A stretch of DNA of 64,000 bases from Octopus vulgaris (lineage: Eukaryota), in assembly GCA_951406725.2 (NCBI GenBank), contig OX597819.1:112406001-112470000 (forward strand). Direction: 5' to 3'. Below the pieces are notes generated by a model. The model had not been told where the DNA came from, searched no databases, and saw nothing but the letters and a program-made list of their open reading frames with translations. This document shows, one piece after another, positions 26,115 through 40,095 of the stretch; position 1 is the stretch's first letter; each line of letters begins with the position of its first letter. A program made the position numbers and the translations under genes.

Positions 26115-26875
26115 TCGCAGGTGAAGTGCTGTACAAACAGTTGTAGAGCATCATTGATGCAGATGTGTTTCGTCAGATGATTTGTCAAAAGGGACTTCAT
26201 TTTTTAATCTCCGTATCGCTCATTTCGATTAAAATACATTTTGGTGGTTGTTTCTAGCTCCCTGCATCTACGAAAAACTTGAGTTAAAACGAAGAACACT
26301 TCTCGTAAAAGTAATAAATTGACTTCAACGAATCAAAAATACAATAAGTATAAAAATAAATAAGTGAACTAAATAATATGCTCTACGCTGATAATGAAAT
26401 GTGTTGTGATTTCATTATTTCATCCACTTTAAAGCGGCGAGCTGGCAGAATCGTTTGCACGTCGAGCAAAATGCTTAGCGGCGTTTCTGAGTTGAAATTC
26501 CACCGAAGTCGACTTTACCTTTCATCCTTTCGGGGTCGATTAAATAAGTACCAGTGAAACACTGAGATCGATATAATTGACTAGTCCCGTCCCCCAAAAT
26601 TTCAGCCCTTGTGCCTTAAGTAGAAAGGATTATTTCATCCACTTATTTATTTATTTTCATACTTATTTTATTTTTGATTCTTTGTAAGTCAGTTTATTAC
26701 TTATACAAGAAGTGCTCTTCATTTCAACTCAAGTTTCTCATGTGTGCGAGTAGCTACAAACAGCTACCAAACTGTATTCTATTCCAAATAAGCGAAACAA
26801 AGATTAAAAAACAAGGTACCTTTTGACAAGTCCAATGATGGACCACGACTGTTTGTACAACATCTCAGCCGCGAT
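26115..26875. mobile_element. Old long-TIR MITE interrupted by a SINE
   Basis: 26120-26375 is an imperfect reverse complement of 26640-26865. Confidence 0.6.
26432..26628 (+). mobile_element. tRNA-derived SINE, family B, with 16-bp TSD
   Basis: ATTATTTCATCCACTT at 26414-26429 and 26629-26644. Confidence 0.85.
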
Positions 26876-27529
26876 ACTGGTGTGTTTACGTCCCCGTAAA
26901 CTAGCGGTTCGGCAAAAGATACCGATAGAATAGGTATTAGGCTTGCAAAGAATAAGTCGTGGGGTCGATTTGCTCGACTAAAAGTGGTGCTCCAGCATGG
27001 CCACAGTCAAATGACTGAAACAAGTAAAGAGAGTAAAGAGAGTATGAAAGAAAATTACTGGAGACATAACATGTGTTGTTTACAAACATTGACAACATGT
27101 GCTATTTTGTCACGCACAAATTGACAGCTTCCAAATCCCGTTTCCTGACTGGGTGAAAATGATCGAACTTTAAACCTCTACAACTTTTTAAAACCTTTTT
27201 CTGGAAAAAATGAAATAACTCCAGCAATTCACTTTGGGCAAGTGTATTATTGCACCAACGTCAGAGTAACCAGTGAACACCGAAAGATCAACACCAAGAA
27301 GGAAGAAATATTTTTTACATATATATATTCATTTGTCTGACAGGTAGTTCGGTTTATCTGTCCTTGTTTGTCTCCTCTGTGTTTAGCCCCTCGTGGGTAG
27401 TGAAGAAATAGGTAGTTAGAGGACGGACAAGTTGCTGTCTGCTATTACTCATGTGGAGACTCAGGTCACGCACCGACTCTGACCGTGGGACTGCACGACT
27501 GCACGACCCACTGGTCCTGTGTATTCCGA

Positions 27530-27875
27530 TTGTAGCCTGTTTGTGGGCCGATAGTAGAGTGCTTGAAATTTATCAGGATTGAACTGCATATCATTTTTAT
27601 CAGCTCATTTATAAACTGATGCGGCTCCATTTTCAGTTTTAGCATTGCATCAGGGTCTTTGATTGCTTGTGATACTTTTGTATCATCAGCACAGGTGGTG
27701 AGAGTAGCTGAGTGTATAGCTGAGAGTATGTTTGAGAGAGCCACCACAAGCTGTAGTGGTCCAGGTAGAGTTCTTTGAGGGACTCTGCTGAAAATTGATG
27801 TCTCCCCATAGAGAGCACCATTGGCTGCAACTGTCTGACTTCTGCTTTTTAAAAAGTCATGCGACCATGACTTTA
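27530..27875 (-). mobile_element. CR1-clade LINE reverse transcriptase fragment
   Basis: RSQTVAANG...SRVPQRTLPGPL...CADDTK matches the SGVPQG.VLGP / FADDTK motifs. Confidence 0.8.
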
Positions 27876-28083
27876 CATACTTTTTATTCTTTACACACAC
27901 ACACACAGACACACACACACACACACACACACACATGCTGGAGCACCGCCTTTAGTCGAGCTCATCGACTAGTACTTATTCTATCAGTCTTTTTTGCCGA
28001 ACCGCAAAGTTACGGGGACGTAAACACATCAGCATCGGTTGTCAAGCGATGTTGGGGGGACAAACACAGACACGCAAACATAT

Positions 28084-28580
<497 letters not shown>

Positions 28581-28582
<2 letters not shown>

Positions 28583-29068
28583 TGGCTGCCCCCTCGTTAT
28601 CGAGTATGGCCATTGCACGAAGCTTAATCTATGTTGTTATCGTGCAATGCCTGTGCAAGAAGATTTTTTTTAAGTGAGGAAAGGCTGTGCACAGAGTCAA
28701 TCCCACTCACTAAGCAACAGCAGCCATAATCCGAAAAGAAGAACAAGTCAACATCATCGGTAACCACTGAGCCGCAGGTTTTATGTCAGAGTTATCCCAG
28801 TTACCTGAGTTACCTTCTCCTAGAAGGATGCCCTAACAAAGGCTAGGAGTCCTTCACTCCCAATGGTTTAACCGCGCGATCGGGTATTCAGTCTGATTAT
28901 TTCTATGTCCCCGCGCAGGATACAGCCTTAAGACATTTATTGGATGGCCGTTGACTCTCAAGAGTTCCTCCGCCCTTTGACGGGTTTCGTTTTTCATCCC
29001 GTAGGGTGTCCAGTAAACACCCTCCTCACCAAGCAAGCTTGGTCGGGTCGTCGGCGACTAAACCGGCA
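28581..29068 (-). mobile_element. Non-autonomous RTE-derived element with inverted 5' end
   Basis: Reverse-complement match to 23075-23452; 29040-29068 is in the opposite orientation. Confidence 0.65.
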
Positions 29069-29191
29069 TATATATATACATACATACATACATACGACGG
29101 GCTTCTTTCAGTTTCCGTCTACCAAATCCACTCACAAGGCTTTGGTTGACCCGAGGCTATAGTAGAAGACACTTGCCCAAGGCGACTAAAC

Positions 29192-29229
<38 letters not shown>

Positions 29230-29784
29230 GCATACATACGACGGGCTTCTTTCAGTTTCCGTCTACCAAATCCACTCACAAGGCTTTGGTTGGCCCGAAG
29301 CTATAGTAGAAGACACTTGCCCAAGGTGCCAGGCAGTGGGACTGAACCCTGTAGTTCGTAAGCAAGCTACTTACCACACAGCCACTCCTACGTCATACGT
29401 GTAAATAAATCTTATTTGGCTGTTAATTTTTTTTTCTTCGGTAATTTTCTTTCATGTAAATAAATGTTTATGTTAATTTTAAAAAGAAAAACATGGATGC
29501 GTCTGTGGTTTACGATTGACTAAAATTACCGAAATTTTCAAACTTTAATTACTAATAACAATAACTCTTTATTTATTGATTTATAACAAAAATTACTTTC
29601 ACTTCATTAATTAGCCTATAAAAGTGTATCATTACACTGAAATCAATTCGAACAGAAAATTGACGCTGGCAACCAAACAGAAAAGATCCCCCACCGCCAA
29701 AGTCACAAAAATGTTTGAGTACTAAAAAATTTCGCTGAGTACTATTATATTATTAGTAGTAAATTATAGATCTATCTATTATAA

Positions 29785-30120
29785 CTAGCTGGACCCGTGA
29801 AAAATTCACGAAAAATATAAGAAATGTAAGCATTTTCAGGATGTTGACGACAAAATGTGCAGTCACGCACAAAATGACAGCTTCCAAATCCTGTTTCCTG
29901 ACTGGGTGAAAATGATCGAACCTCTATAACTTTTTTAAAAACATTTTTCGGGAAGAAATGAAATAACTCCAGCAGTTCAGTTTGGGCAAGTATTATTGTG
30001 CCAACGTCGGAGTAACCAATGAACATCGAAGGATCAACACCAAGAAGGAAGAAATATTATTAATATATATTTATTCGTTTGCCAGACAGGTAGCTAGAGG
30101 ACGGAGAAGTTGCTGTCTAC
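29785..30120 (-). mobile_element. Helitron-like 3' portion
   Basis: Terminal CTAG at 29785-29788 with hairpin CGTGAAAAATTCACG. The internal segment is repeated at 27108-27345. Confidence 0.55.
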
Positions 30121-30564
30121 CAGTAGAGAGGGGAAGAGTAAGGAATGTACGGTGCTGACCAGAAAGGAAGAAAGGTTAAAAGTGGCTCTGCTCTGATTGT
30201 CTGTATGAAAATGAGTTCATTACTCTCGTGGCAAAAAATGTTCGCGCCCCGAGTGGCACACACTCTAGCTACGCTAGTGTAGGCAGTCCGTCTTAAGGCA
30301 TGTGTACACTGGACAGATGCCGAGGGGTGTCATGAGTCAGGAGGCCCAACTCTGGTTTATGTATGTTATGGCTTTCTGTCAATAAATACTACATGGTCCA
30401 GTACATTGATTTGCTCGGGGGCCAATAGTGCTGCGAAAGCGGCCCTGATTGCAGGTTCAATTCTTGAGCCGAGTAGCGCGTTGTGTTCTGGAGCAAGACA
30501 CCCTATTTCACGATGTCCTAGCTTACATAATTGTAATGAGTTGCAGCCGGTTGTTGGTGTGGTC

Positions 30565-30607
<43 letters not shown>

Positions 30608-30734
30608 CCAGCTATTACATCTTGGATGCTTCACTAGATCCAGAGTTAGAAGCCAGTGAAGGTGTCTATGCTGACAATTACATAAGTACCTATAACAATT
30701 AGCAAAATCATAATACATGTAAGTTACTTAGTCA

Positions 30735-31000
30735 TCCAACCAAAGTACAAATATATGGGAAACTACCACCTGTATCGTCTCTCGTGAAAGGTAGATGAGT
30801 CCAGTTTGCTGGACATTGTTGTAGAGCTGAAAACGATGTAATTTCTACTCTTCTCCTCTGGAAGCCATCTGCTCGCGATACCAGAGGGATACAGGCACCC
30901 GGCAACAAGACCTCCGTAATGCCATGTTGGACCGTGAAGTCTGGCGTAACATAGTAAATTCCATTGTCTCGACCACGGTCGAACAATGATGATGATGATG
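30735..31000 (+). mobile_element. RTE/RTEX LINE 3' end
   Basis: IYGKLPPVS...FAGHCCRAENDVISTLLLWKP...AMLDREVWR followed by a (GAT)n tail. Confidence 0.8.
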
Positions 31001-32077
31001 ACTAAGTCATACTCGCTCGCGAGTGATGGCTGATTGACTACATCAAATGTATTAAAAGTCTTTGAGAAGTAAGAATATAGAAAACCTTTGAGAATCTCGA
31101 GGACAGAACACAAAACCAATTAGGAATTACTAAGAATGGTAAAAGCTAACGAAATTATATCAGACACAAACCAAGAGAGAAAGTGAAAATATAACATACT
31201 ATTATTAAACAAATTAAGACGGCGAGCTGGCAGAAGCGTTAGCACGCCGGGCAATTTCGTCTGTCTTCTAGCTCTGAATTTCATTTCCGCCGTGGTTGAC
31301 TTTGCCTTTCATCCTTTTGAGATCGATAAAATAAGTACCAATTGAGCAATGGGGTCAATGTAATAGACTAGCACCTTCCCCGCTAAATTCAGACCTTGTT
31401 GTCATCAGGTATTAACCACTCTCAGCATGTTAAATACTACAGATCGTCACAATTTCGGTCTTTGCAGTTGTGATGGTCAGTGAGTTGAAAGATAAGTTCA
31501 TCAGTAACTTCAACCAGGTCATCACCAATGTTAGGTCAGTATTGTTCTCTGGTGATTCATTAAAACCAAAGTACTAAAACAAAAGAAAGACGAATCCCTT
31601 CTCCAGTGCCTGAACTACTTTTAGACTCAGCGAAATAAACCTGAAGAAAATTAAGGTGATGTTTACACCTGTTCTAGATAAGCTATATGTGGAACCTAAT
31701 GTATTTGCTCAAGCAACCAAATTTGATTGGCTTTTGAGTCTATTCTAGCAGTTCTGTCACCAGGGATGGATCCTTATGTTCTGAGATCAAATGGGAGATT
31801 GAAAATGTTGGATTACTTTAAGCAACTGCTACATGTGACCAGAGATCATCTCTCGTGTCTGCCCAAGAGAGCACGCATACTAGAAACCGAAATTGGAAAA
31901 CAATATAAGATAAAATAAAGGAGTGAAAGAATTATATATCAGGGAGTCAACTCTGTTGCTTCATTACAGTTGTATTTTGCAGATATGCAACGCACACGCA
32001 TCTCTTTTCAGTTATCTTTTCGGGTATGCAACGTACATTTGCGCACACACGTGCACACCGACGTGCACGCATATATA

Positions 32078-32468
32078 TACTCTTTTACTCTTTTACTTGT
32101 TTCAGTCATTTGACTGCGGCCATGCTGGAGCACCGCCTTTAGACGAGCAAATCGACCCCGGGACTTATTCTTTGTAAGCCCAGTACTTATTCTATCGGTC
32201 TCTTTTGCCGAACCGCTAAGTGACGGGGACGTAAACACACCAGCATCGGTTGTCAAGCAATGCTAGGGGGACAAACACAGACACACTTATATATACATAC
32301 ATATATACGACAGGCTTCTTTCAGTTTCCGTCTACCAAATCCACTCACAAGGCATTGGTCGGCCCGGGGCTATAGCAGAAGACACTTGCCCAAGATGCCA
32401 CGCAGTAGAACTGAACCCGGATCCATGTGGCTGGTTAGCAAGCTACTTACCACACACCCACTCCTGTG

Positions 32469-32471
<3 letters not shown>
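32078..32471 (-). mobile_element. tRNA-derived SINE, family A, full length
   Basis: Complete head to tail; nearly identical to 18225-18648. Confidence 0.9.
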
Positions 32472-32507
<36 letters not shown>

Positions 32508-32525
32508 ATTTTTTCTCTCTGTGTA

Positions 32526-32563
32526 TCTTTCTGTTGAAGAGCGTAGGCTCGAAACGTTAAAGA
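32526..32563 (+). ncRNA. Minimal hammerhead-like motif (third family) in a (TA)n-flanked element, 32504-32662
   Basis: UCUUU-CUGUUGA-A-GAGC GUAG GCUC-GAAA-C-GUU-AAAGA. The core deviates (A6U). Second copy at 51107-51142. Confidence 0.5.
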
Positions 32564-32660
32564 CTTGTTTTATTTATATTTCCTGAGCGCCATACTAATA
32601 CAATTGTTTGTTTGTTTCCCACCTGCCTTCGTCTTTTGTCTATTTTCATAAAGCTTCCCG

Positions 32661-32703
<43 letters not shown>

Positions 32704-32967
32704 TAAATGAAATAAAACATATGCATATATATAAACATATATGTACGTACCTACCTCTACATGTACATATACACGCATATATGAGTACAGGACACCAAAG
32801 GGACGTCGAACACAAAGAGAAACGAAAACATAGACACAAACCAAAAGAACTGGACGTGTGTATGTATGTATGTATGTATGTATGTATGTATGTATGTATT
32901 TATACAAACGTTACATCTGTTTGTACACAACCTGCCTTCGTCTTTTGTTTATTTTCGTAAACTTTCC

Positions 32968-33042
<75 letters not shown>

Positions 33043-33441
33043 CATATATATATGTATATACACATACATATATACAAACACACACGTGTATATACACACA
33101 AGCATATATACACATACATACACATGCCAACACAGACACACCCACACAATCTCCTGCATGACCATACGTACTACCCGGATGTATAAACTCTTGACCACAT
33201 AAACAACAGATAAAGAGAGAGAGGGGGGAGAAAAAAGCGAGAAGGAGGAAGGGAGAGAGGTGGAAGAGGAGGAAAGGTATTTTTGAGAAAATCCCGTTCC
33301 CCCATAAAGTACCGAAAAACTTGGGAAAATCTTGGGAAAAAAACTGGAAAAGATTTGGAAGATGATGAGAAAATGCTTTACAGAGAAAGACTTACCATTT
33401 TTCTGGGACTAAGGAGTCGCAGTCAGGCCCCTTAGAGGCTT

Positions 33442-34400
33442 CTAAGCGACTATCCAGTTTCTGAGTACGAATTTTTTCTCGTGTCTGCAGAGACTGAAAT
33501 ACTTGTGTTAGCATTTAATTTCAACTCTGGGTTTCTTAAGTTCTTGAAAATGATGCTTTTTCAGCAATGCAGAACTTACATACCCTGGATGCATTTATTG
33601 TAGTTTGGCTTTTTTTGTGATCTTCTAAGTAACTGGCATCATATGTTGTGTCTCTATCTTTTAACTGCAAGTTGTAGCATTAAGCACTCATAAGTGTATA
33701 CCTAACCTGTCATTCTGCAGAGGTTTCTCTACAGAGCAACACCTTACTACAACGATGCCTTTGAAATCAATGTGTTCAAAGTTAAGTTCACCAACAACTT
33801 CTTTCGGGGCACCACCAAGAGAACGTGTTGCGGGGGAATAATTTGATCTGCACCCATTTTCTCACGCAATGTTAGGTCAAATTTAAACAAAATCTTTAAA
33901 TATATTTAATAGACATTTACTATCTGAGTACAAATACATGAAATTGTTCAATAGATATGCAATGAAGACTACTTATAGCTTCACCCCTAACATGAACCAA
34001 ATTATATCACATAAACTAAACATAACCACGGATATTTATGTAGGAACTCTACATTATACCCGCTGGATAGGTCATATAACACCGAGGTTATCATTTATGA
34101 GGTAGAGGTCAGACCTACGAATGCAAGCCGTAACACCAACTTTCAACGATACGTCAGATCGTCTGAATGAGCAAATTACGATTTTAAAATCACACCGCCT
34201 CCTTCAGAAACATCGTAAAATGGAATATCTCAAAGCTCGCAAGCTACGCTTGGTTTTTAATAAGTATAGTTTAAGCATCACATTTACTAAGACATGGTTT
34301 ACAATCCCGTATTTAAGTGTGGATAATGGAGAGAAAATTAATACTTATAGATTTCTGTTAGAATTTGTAAGAGCTTTCCGTACCAATTAATTTACCATAA
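33442..34400 (-). mobile_element. Decayed Penelope-like element (endonuclease C-terminus clear, RT traces weak)
   Basis: Frameshifted CKFCIAEK...IIF...LN...FSLCRHEKKFVL resembles the CxxC...CRH tail of PLE GIY-YIG endonucleases. Right boundary uncertain. Confidence 0.6.
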
Positions 34401-35454
34401 ATCTACATTGGTATCAAACACCAGCGGTCTTAACTATTACTTCAAAAGAATTATGTCTTTCATGATATGTAAATCTAACATTCAGCCAGAATAGGTAAAT
34501 CTTAGTTTTAAATTCGTATGTATTCATTGAAAATAAATATATCTTAAATTATATATTTTAAGATCTTTAAAACATATATGGGCACCCTATTAATTTTAGC
34601 TTAATTATAGTGGAAATCTAATTTACTATACAAAAGATGAAATTGTTGGATTTTGTCTACTTTTATTGAGAGTTTATATATTGATACAACGAAAAAAAAA
34701 TAAAGAATAAAAATGCTTAAATAAACGATTATTTAATAAATTCTAAATTCACCCATTATCAGCAAAATTTCCGTTTTAATTCTTCTTCTCACGTACCTCA
34801 AATATTATTTAAATAATGGGAGTCGATGTGCAATGGATAAATGGCCGAAGATAAGTCAAACAGATTCTTTGAGTATCCCGGAGATATGTAACTCAACAAC
34901 AGGTCCTCCATCGCCCATCATCTCCACTCAGTGAACTAACTCTGTTACCAAGCGCCTCTTCGTTTTCGGGCTTACCTTGAATGCCGAATCCTCGCCCCCA
35001 CCTTAACTCGAAACGAACTAGGACATGTTTATTTCTTCTTGGAAATTTTTTTATCCTACGGGTTAAACCGTCATCTTACGTTCCTTTAACTGCTTTTCCA
35101 AATACACCATGCACTACACTTAAGAAACACACACACTACATCAATCTATCACATTCTAACAAACATATACGCATATACACACATGTATAACACCAAATAT
35201 ATGCTCAAATACACGTCCTGTCTTTACACACACAAAATTTCTTTGTAATAGAGAAACTTAAGACAATTAAAATGAAGCCTAAACATCAAACCATACCAGC
35301 ATGTTCTTACGAGTATCACTTATTATATCAAGACACAATGTAATCCTTGAAACATTTCCTGAAAAACCTGGGATAGTCATAGTTGAAACGCACTTAGACC
35401 AGAGCTATATGTGTCTAAACAACACTTCAACACAAAAAAGGTCAACTTTTAGAG

Positions 35455-35529
35455 AAGAAGAAGAAGAAGAAGAAGAAGAAGAAGAAGAAGAAGAAGAACA
35501 ACAACAACAACAACAACAACAACAATAAC

Positions 35530-35577
<48 letters not shown>
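35455..35577. repeat. Compound (GAA)n(CAA)n(TAA)n microsatellite
   Basis: Direct reading. Confidence 0.95.
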
Positions 35578-35579
<2 letters not shown>

Positions 35580-35683
35580 CATCGAAGAGGCAGAGACAGT
35601 CTCTCTGTAGTCGCTCAGCGTGCTAGAAACTGCGGTCAAGTCCCATCCAACTTTCACCCAACCATTTTAAAAGAAAGGGCTCA

Positions 35684-36559
35684 TCTCTCTCTATATAAAC
35701 GGCAGTTTGTCTGTCTGTGTGTCTGTGTGTCTGTCAGGTTGTACCCTCACCCTGACCACGGCTTTCAACCGATTCTGATGAAACTTGACACACACATAGC
35801 CCAATGTCACAATTCAAAACTAACGCAGCGAAAATTTTGAAAAGTTCCCCCAGTTCTGAAAAAAATCGATAAATTCGACATGGGGTCGAGAACCTAAGCT
35901 TTTTATTTGCAACACATTTTCTGTTGTAGTAAATACACTTCCCTTTATTTTTCAGCTCGCAACTCATTCGGACATATCACGCAGAAATCGATTTTCACCA
36001 AACTCATGGTGAAGCTTAATGTTACCCTAAGAAACTTAATTCTGACGTTAGTTTTCCATGCAATACCTTACCATCAGAAAAATCGATAAAATCATGCCAT
36101 TTTAGGAAATCGCGTTCAAATTCAAGATGACATATTTTCGACAATATCTTTCACAAATTGGCAGGAATTTTTTTTTAAATTCACAGCGAGCATCATGTCC
36201 GCTCCAAGGAGCTATATGGCCCTTTTTATTCCAATAGGATACTTTATTACTGGAAAAAATTAATTAAATCATATGTGGCACACATAGCAAACCGATTTGT
36301 GTATTAAGCACAAACCACAGACTGTCTAGGGGACGCAACTCGACCTTTTTAACTGTCTTGGGAGGCGCAATGATGTTTTCATGTTTTCGCCCAAAGGGAC
36401 AATTAGGAACATCGTATACACAGAAGTATTCGAGTGAAGAGAAGACATTGCAGCCTACACATGCGCCTTCGTTCCCGAGGGGGAAAGGACTAGATTGGGA
36501 TTAGTCGTTGCCTACTAGGGGCTCTTACATACCTGGGCAACGCCGGGCTATGCTGCTAG
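35684..36559 (+). mobile_element. Non-autonomous Helitron (~875 bp)
   Basis: A|TC start, internal (CTGT)n, hairpin CCTGGGCAACGCCGGG, CTAG|T end. Confidence 0.82.
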
Positions 36560-36875
36560 TTAAATAATAAATTTCTAGATACATTCTGTGTGATAAAAGA
36601 CGATATGGTCAAAACAGGAAAGGCTTTGATCGTATGTCAATCAAACAATAACATCATCAATAATGAATATCATAGTAGGTTTTTCATTGGAGCAAGTTGA
36701 AACATATTCAACATTTAATAATGAGTTACCATAGCTTGACCCCTTCATCTAGTTATCTTCTCCATCAACACAACCCCACAAACTCTTCCATTCAAACACC
36801 ATACTAAAACCGGGTTTATTTTCGATCAATTTTATTTGAATTTATTTTATCATATGTATATATATACGGATGTGT

Positions 36876-37122
36876 GGAGGCGCGTGGCTTAGTGGTTAAG
36901 GTGTCAGCATTATGATCGTAAGATTGTGGTTTCGATTCCTGGACCGGGCGACGCGTTGTGTTCTTGAGCAAAATACTTCATTTAACGTTGCTCCAGTCCC
37001 CTCAGCTGGCAAAAATGAGTAACGCTGCGATGGACTGGCGTCCCGTCCAGCTGGGGAACACATACGCCATTGAAACCGGGGAAACCGGGCCCATGAGCCT
37101 GGCTAGGCTTTAAAAGGGGCGT
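36876..37122 (+). mobile_element. tRNA-derived SINE, family C (V-domain-like body)
   Basis: GTGGCTTAGTGG A-box, GGTTTCGATTCC B-box, CTGCGATGGACTGGCGTCCCGTCCAG body. Confidence 0.75.
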
Positions 37123-37410
37123 ATTCATTTTTTATATATGCATGTATGCGTATACATGTGCGTTTGTGTGCTATGCTGTGTTCCGCGCGTGCGTGTGTGT
37201 TAATCATAGAAATATGTTAATAAAGATGTATCTTAATCTTACTGTGAAAATGAGACTATAGATAAACTATAGGGGCTTTGGCGGTTCGACTTGTGAAAGA
37301 CGAGTTAAGCGATCCCTGATAAGTGTCATGAGAGCCGAAACTAGTGAGACTATCCTCATTCTTAACCGTCGAAATTCCTGTGATTTATCTGCACATTTTC
37401 ACATCGAGAT

Positions 37411-37665
37411 TCTTTTATTTGTTTCAGTCACTTGACTGCGACCATGCTAGAGCACCGTCTTTAGCCGAGCAAATCGACCCCAGGATTTATTCTTTGTAAG
37501 CTTAGTACTTATTCTATCGGTTTCTCTTGCCGAACCGCTGAGTGACGGTGACGTAAACACACCAGCATCTGTTGTTAAGCGATGTTGGGAGGACAAACAC
37601 AGACACACACACAGACACACAGACACACAGACACACAGAGACACACACACACAAACACACACACA

Positions 37666-37703
<38 letters not shown>

Positions 37704-37875
37704 TATATATATACGACGGGCTTCTTTCAGTTTCCGTCTACCAAATCCACTCACAAGGCTTTGGTCGGCCCGAGGCTATAGTAGAAGAAAGTTGCCCAAG
37801 GTGCCACGCAGCGGGACTGAACCCGGAATCATGTGGTTCGTAATAAAACTACTTACCACACAGCCGCTCCTGCCT
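37411..37875 (-). mobile_element. tRNA-derived SINE, family A
   Basis: Same head, body and tail as 32078-32471. Confidence 0.88.
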
Positions 37876-39233
37876 CTATATAATAATGGTTTCAGCAATT
37901 TTGGGGGTGTGAAGTTAGTGGATTACACCGACCCCACAGTACTCGACTGGTATTTATTTTATCGACCCTGCGAAAATGAAAAGCAAAATCGACGTCGGCG
38001 AAGTTTGAAGGTGAATAAAGTCCTTAAAATATGGGGATTATTGATCTTGCAGCAATTGAACTGTTTGATACTTGGTGATACTTGAGCTCATTCAGAAATA
38101 CATTTACAATCTGACCGTAGTCGGTCTGTTCAGCATTCAGTTTCTTTCTTTTTTCGGGTGCCTATTAAAGTTACCTTCCTGACCATGATATAGTCAAGAA
38201 GGCGTCAATGTTTCGATCGGGTCTTGTGTTTGTCTTTCTGATGAACGAAAGCGCCAGTAACGTCAACATCCACAAGGCGTCACCAGCGCCATCAGAGCTC
38301 ATGCACTACACTCATGAAGTCTGAAATTCGTAGGTACCAATTCTTTTATTCCACCGAATTCTTGCATAAAAGCCACCCAACATTAAAGGGATTTCGTATT
38401 GTTTTGGTATTTTAGGCAGTGACTAATATAATATTTAATAATGGCGATCTTTGTCCTGGATATTATAGTTACTCAGTAAAGTGATTTGATAGCTTTCTGC
38501 GTGCGGAAGCGGGAGTTCTACAGGCTACTTGCTAATTTCAATCAGTAAAATGTAAGGCTAGTGTGATATTGGTGACATCCCCACTTGTACAAGAAAATAG
38601 GCAATCACTAATCACACTAAAAAAATAGTGAATATCCTGGTCACATTAGCTGTACCAATATCTATACTAGCGTCCCAGCTCACTGGCTATCGGAGCTGTT
38701 GGATGCTGGGATCTGCTTGTCAAATTATTAACACCAAACCGGCAAAATATTCTGCGTGATATGTCCGAGATGAGTCTCTGGTCTGGAGCTGATATGCAAA
38801 TAAAGGGAAGTGTATTTACTGATGAGCTCAAGTCCGAGATCAGCCAATCATTTCGTTTCGGGATGATCCGAATAAATTATATTTATAAGCCACAATAATG
38901 GCGAAATACTGATATCTTTCATTCTGGATTACTTCGAGGCGAATAGTTGTTATAATCCTTAAACTGTTGGATTGATATAACGCCCACTTCGGTATACAGT
39001 ATACTTAGTAGAACCAGTAAAATCTATCTCTGACCCCCTACTATGTACTCCACTCTGGTACTTTACGTACTTCTTTTTACTTATAGTGATTATGTTATTC
39101 CATTCGTCACGTGGGAGGGGTGTATCATTATTGCTAACTCCCTATAACATCTCCCTTTTAAGTTTTTCTTAGGAAGTGGATTTTTATGTAGCAATAATTT
39201 TTTTCATTCACTCCACCTCCCTTTTTTAGTTTT

Positions 39234-40095
39234 TTATCTCGAACAATTGAATATTTTTTTGCACTTGGCATCTGTTTTCAGGAACTCTGTATGTTTCCTT
39301 TTGCTTTCACTTGTACGCCTGGGTTCAATCACCTGCAGTGGCGTTGGTACTTGGAATGTATCGTACAACCATTCGGTTGGTTCCCCCAACTTCTTTGGTT
39401 CGCTTTCCACGAATCTCTTTTTCCGTTGGTTTCTGTATCTCTTTTGTATACCTTTTCTATTTTTTACCCAATACTTCATTTTACCTATGCATTTGGTAAT
39501 TACCCCATCTTCCCAACTCTGCTTTCCATTCTTGTATGCCCTCGTATACCCCTTTTCACCAACTTTTAAGAATGTTCCTAAATTTTCCCTGGCACTTTTT
39601 CTCTTCTTGCCCGATAGCAATTTATGGAAGACTGATTTTACTTTCCTCGCAAACATCAGCTCCGCAGGTGATCTACCTGTTGATGTATTCGGATTTAGTG
39701 TCACACAGTACACTTTTAAAAACTGTTGTAGAGCTACCTCATCTGTGACTTCCTTATTCGTCTTTCTTAGAGATCTCTTGAAGGTATCGACAAAGAGTTC
39801 TGCCTGTCCGTTATATCTGGAATGGTATGGTGCAGTAGCTACATGTTCTACCACGAACATTTCACAAAACTTTTCAAATTCAACATACACAAATTGCGTT
39901 CTATTGTCAGACACTATCTAGTCTGGGATGCCAAATCTTGCAAACAGTTCGTGTAAAAAATTTATCACAGTTGAGAAGGTTGGTTTTTTACACTTACAAA
40001 TTTCAGGCCATTTCGAGAAACTATCAACTGCTACTAAGTATTAAGAACCATTTAAAGGAACAACGAAGTCGATATGTAGTCTCGACCACGGTACA
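39234..40095 (-). pseudogene. Ty3/Gypsy LTR-retrotransposon integrase remnant
   Basis: PWSRLHIDF...VDSFSKWPE...FARFGIPD*IVSDN.TQF...APYHSRYNGQAELFV with in-frame stops. PPT-like AAAAGGGAGA followed by TG at 39149. Confidence 0.9.

Noticed and set aside
35770-35790. CTGATGA hits here and at ~9724, 38238 and 49081
   Set aside because: No correctly placed stem II, GAAA and stem I.
36876-36950. tRNA-like A and B boxes here and in other SINE heads
   Set aside because: They continue into SINE bodies and form no convincing cloverleaf.
39247-39921. 224-aa plus-strand ORF
   Set aside because: It is the antisense shadow of the Gypsy integrase.
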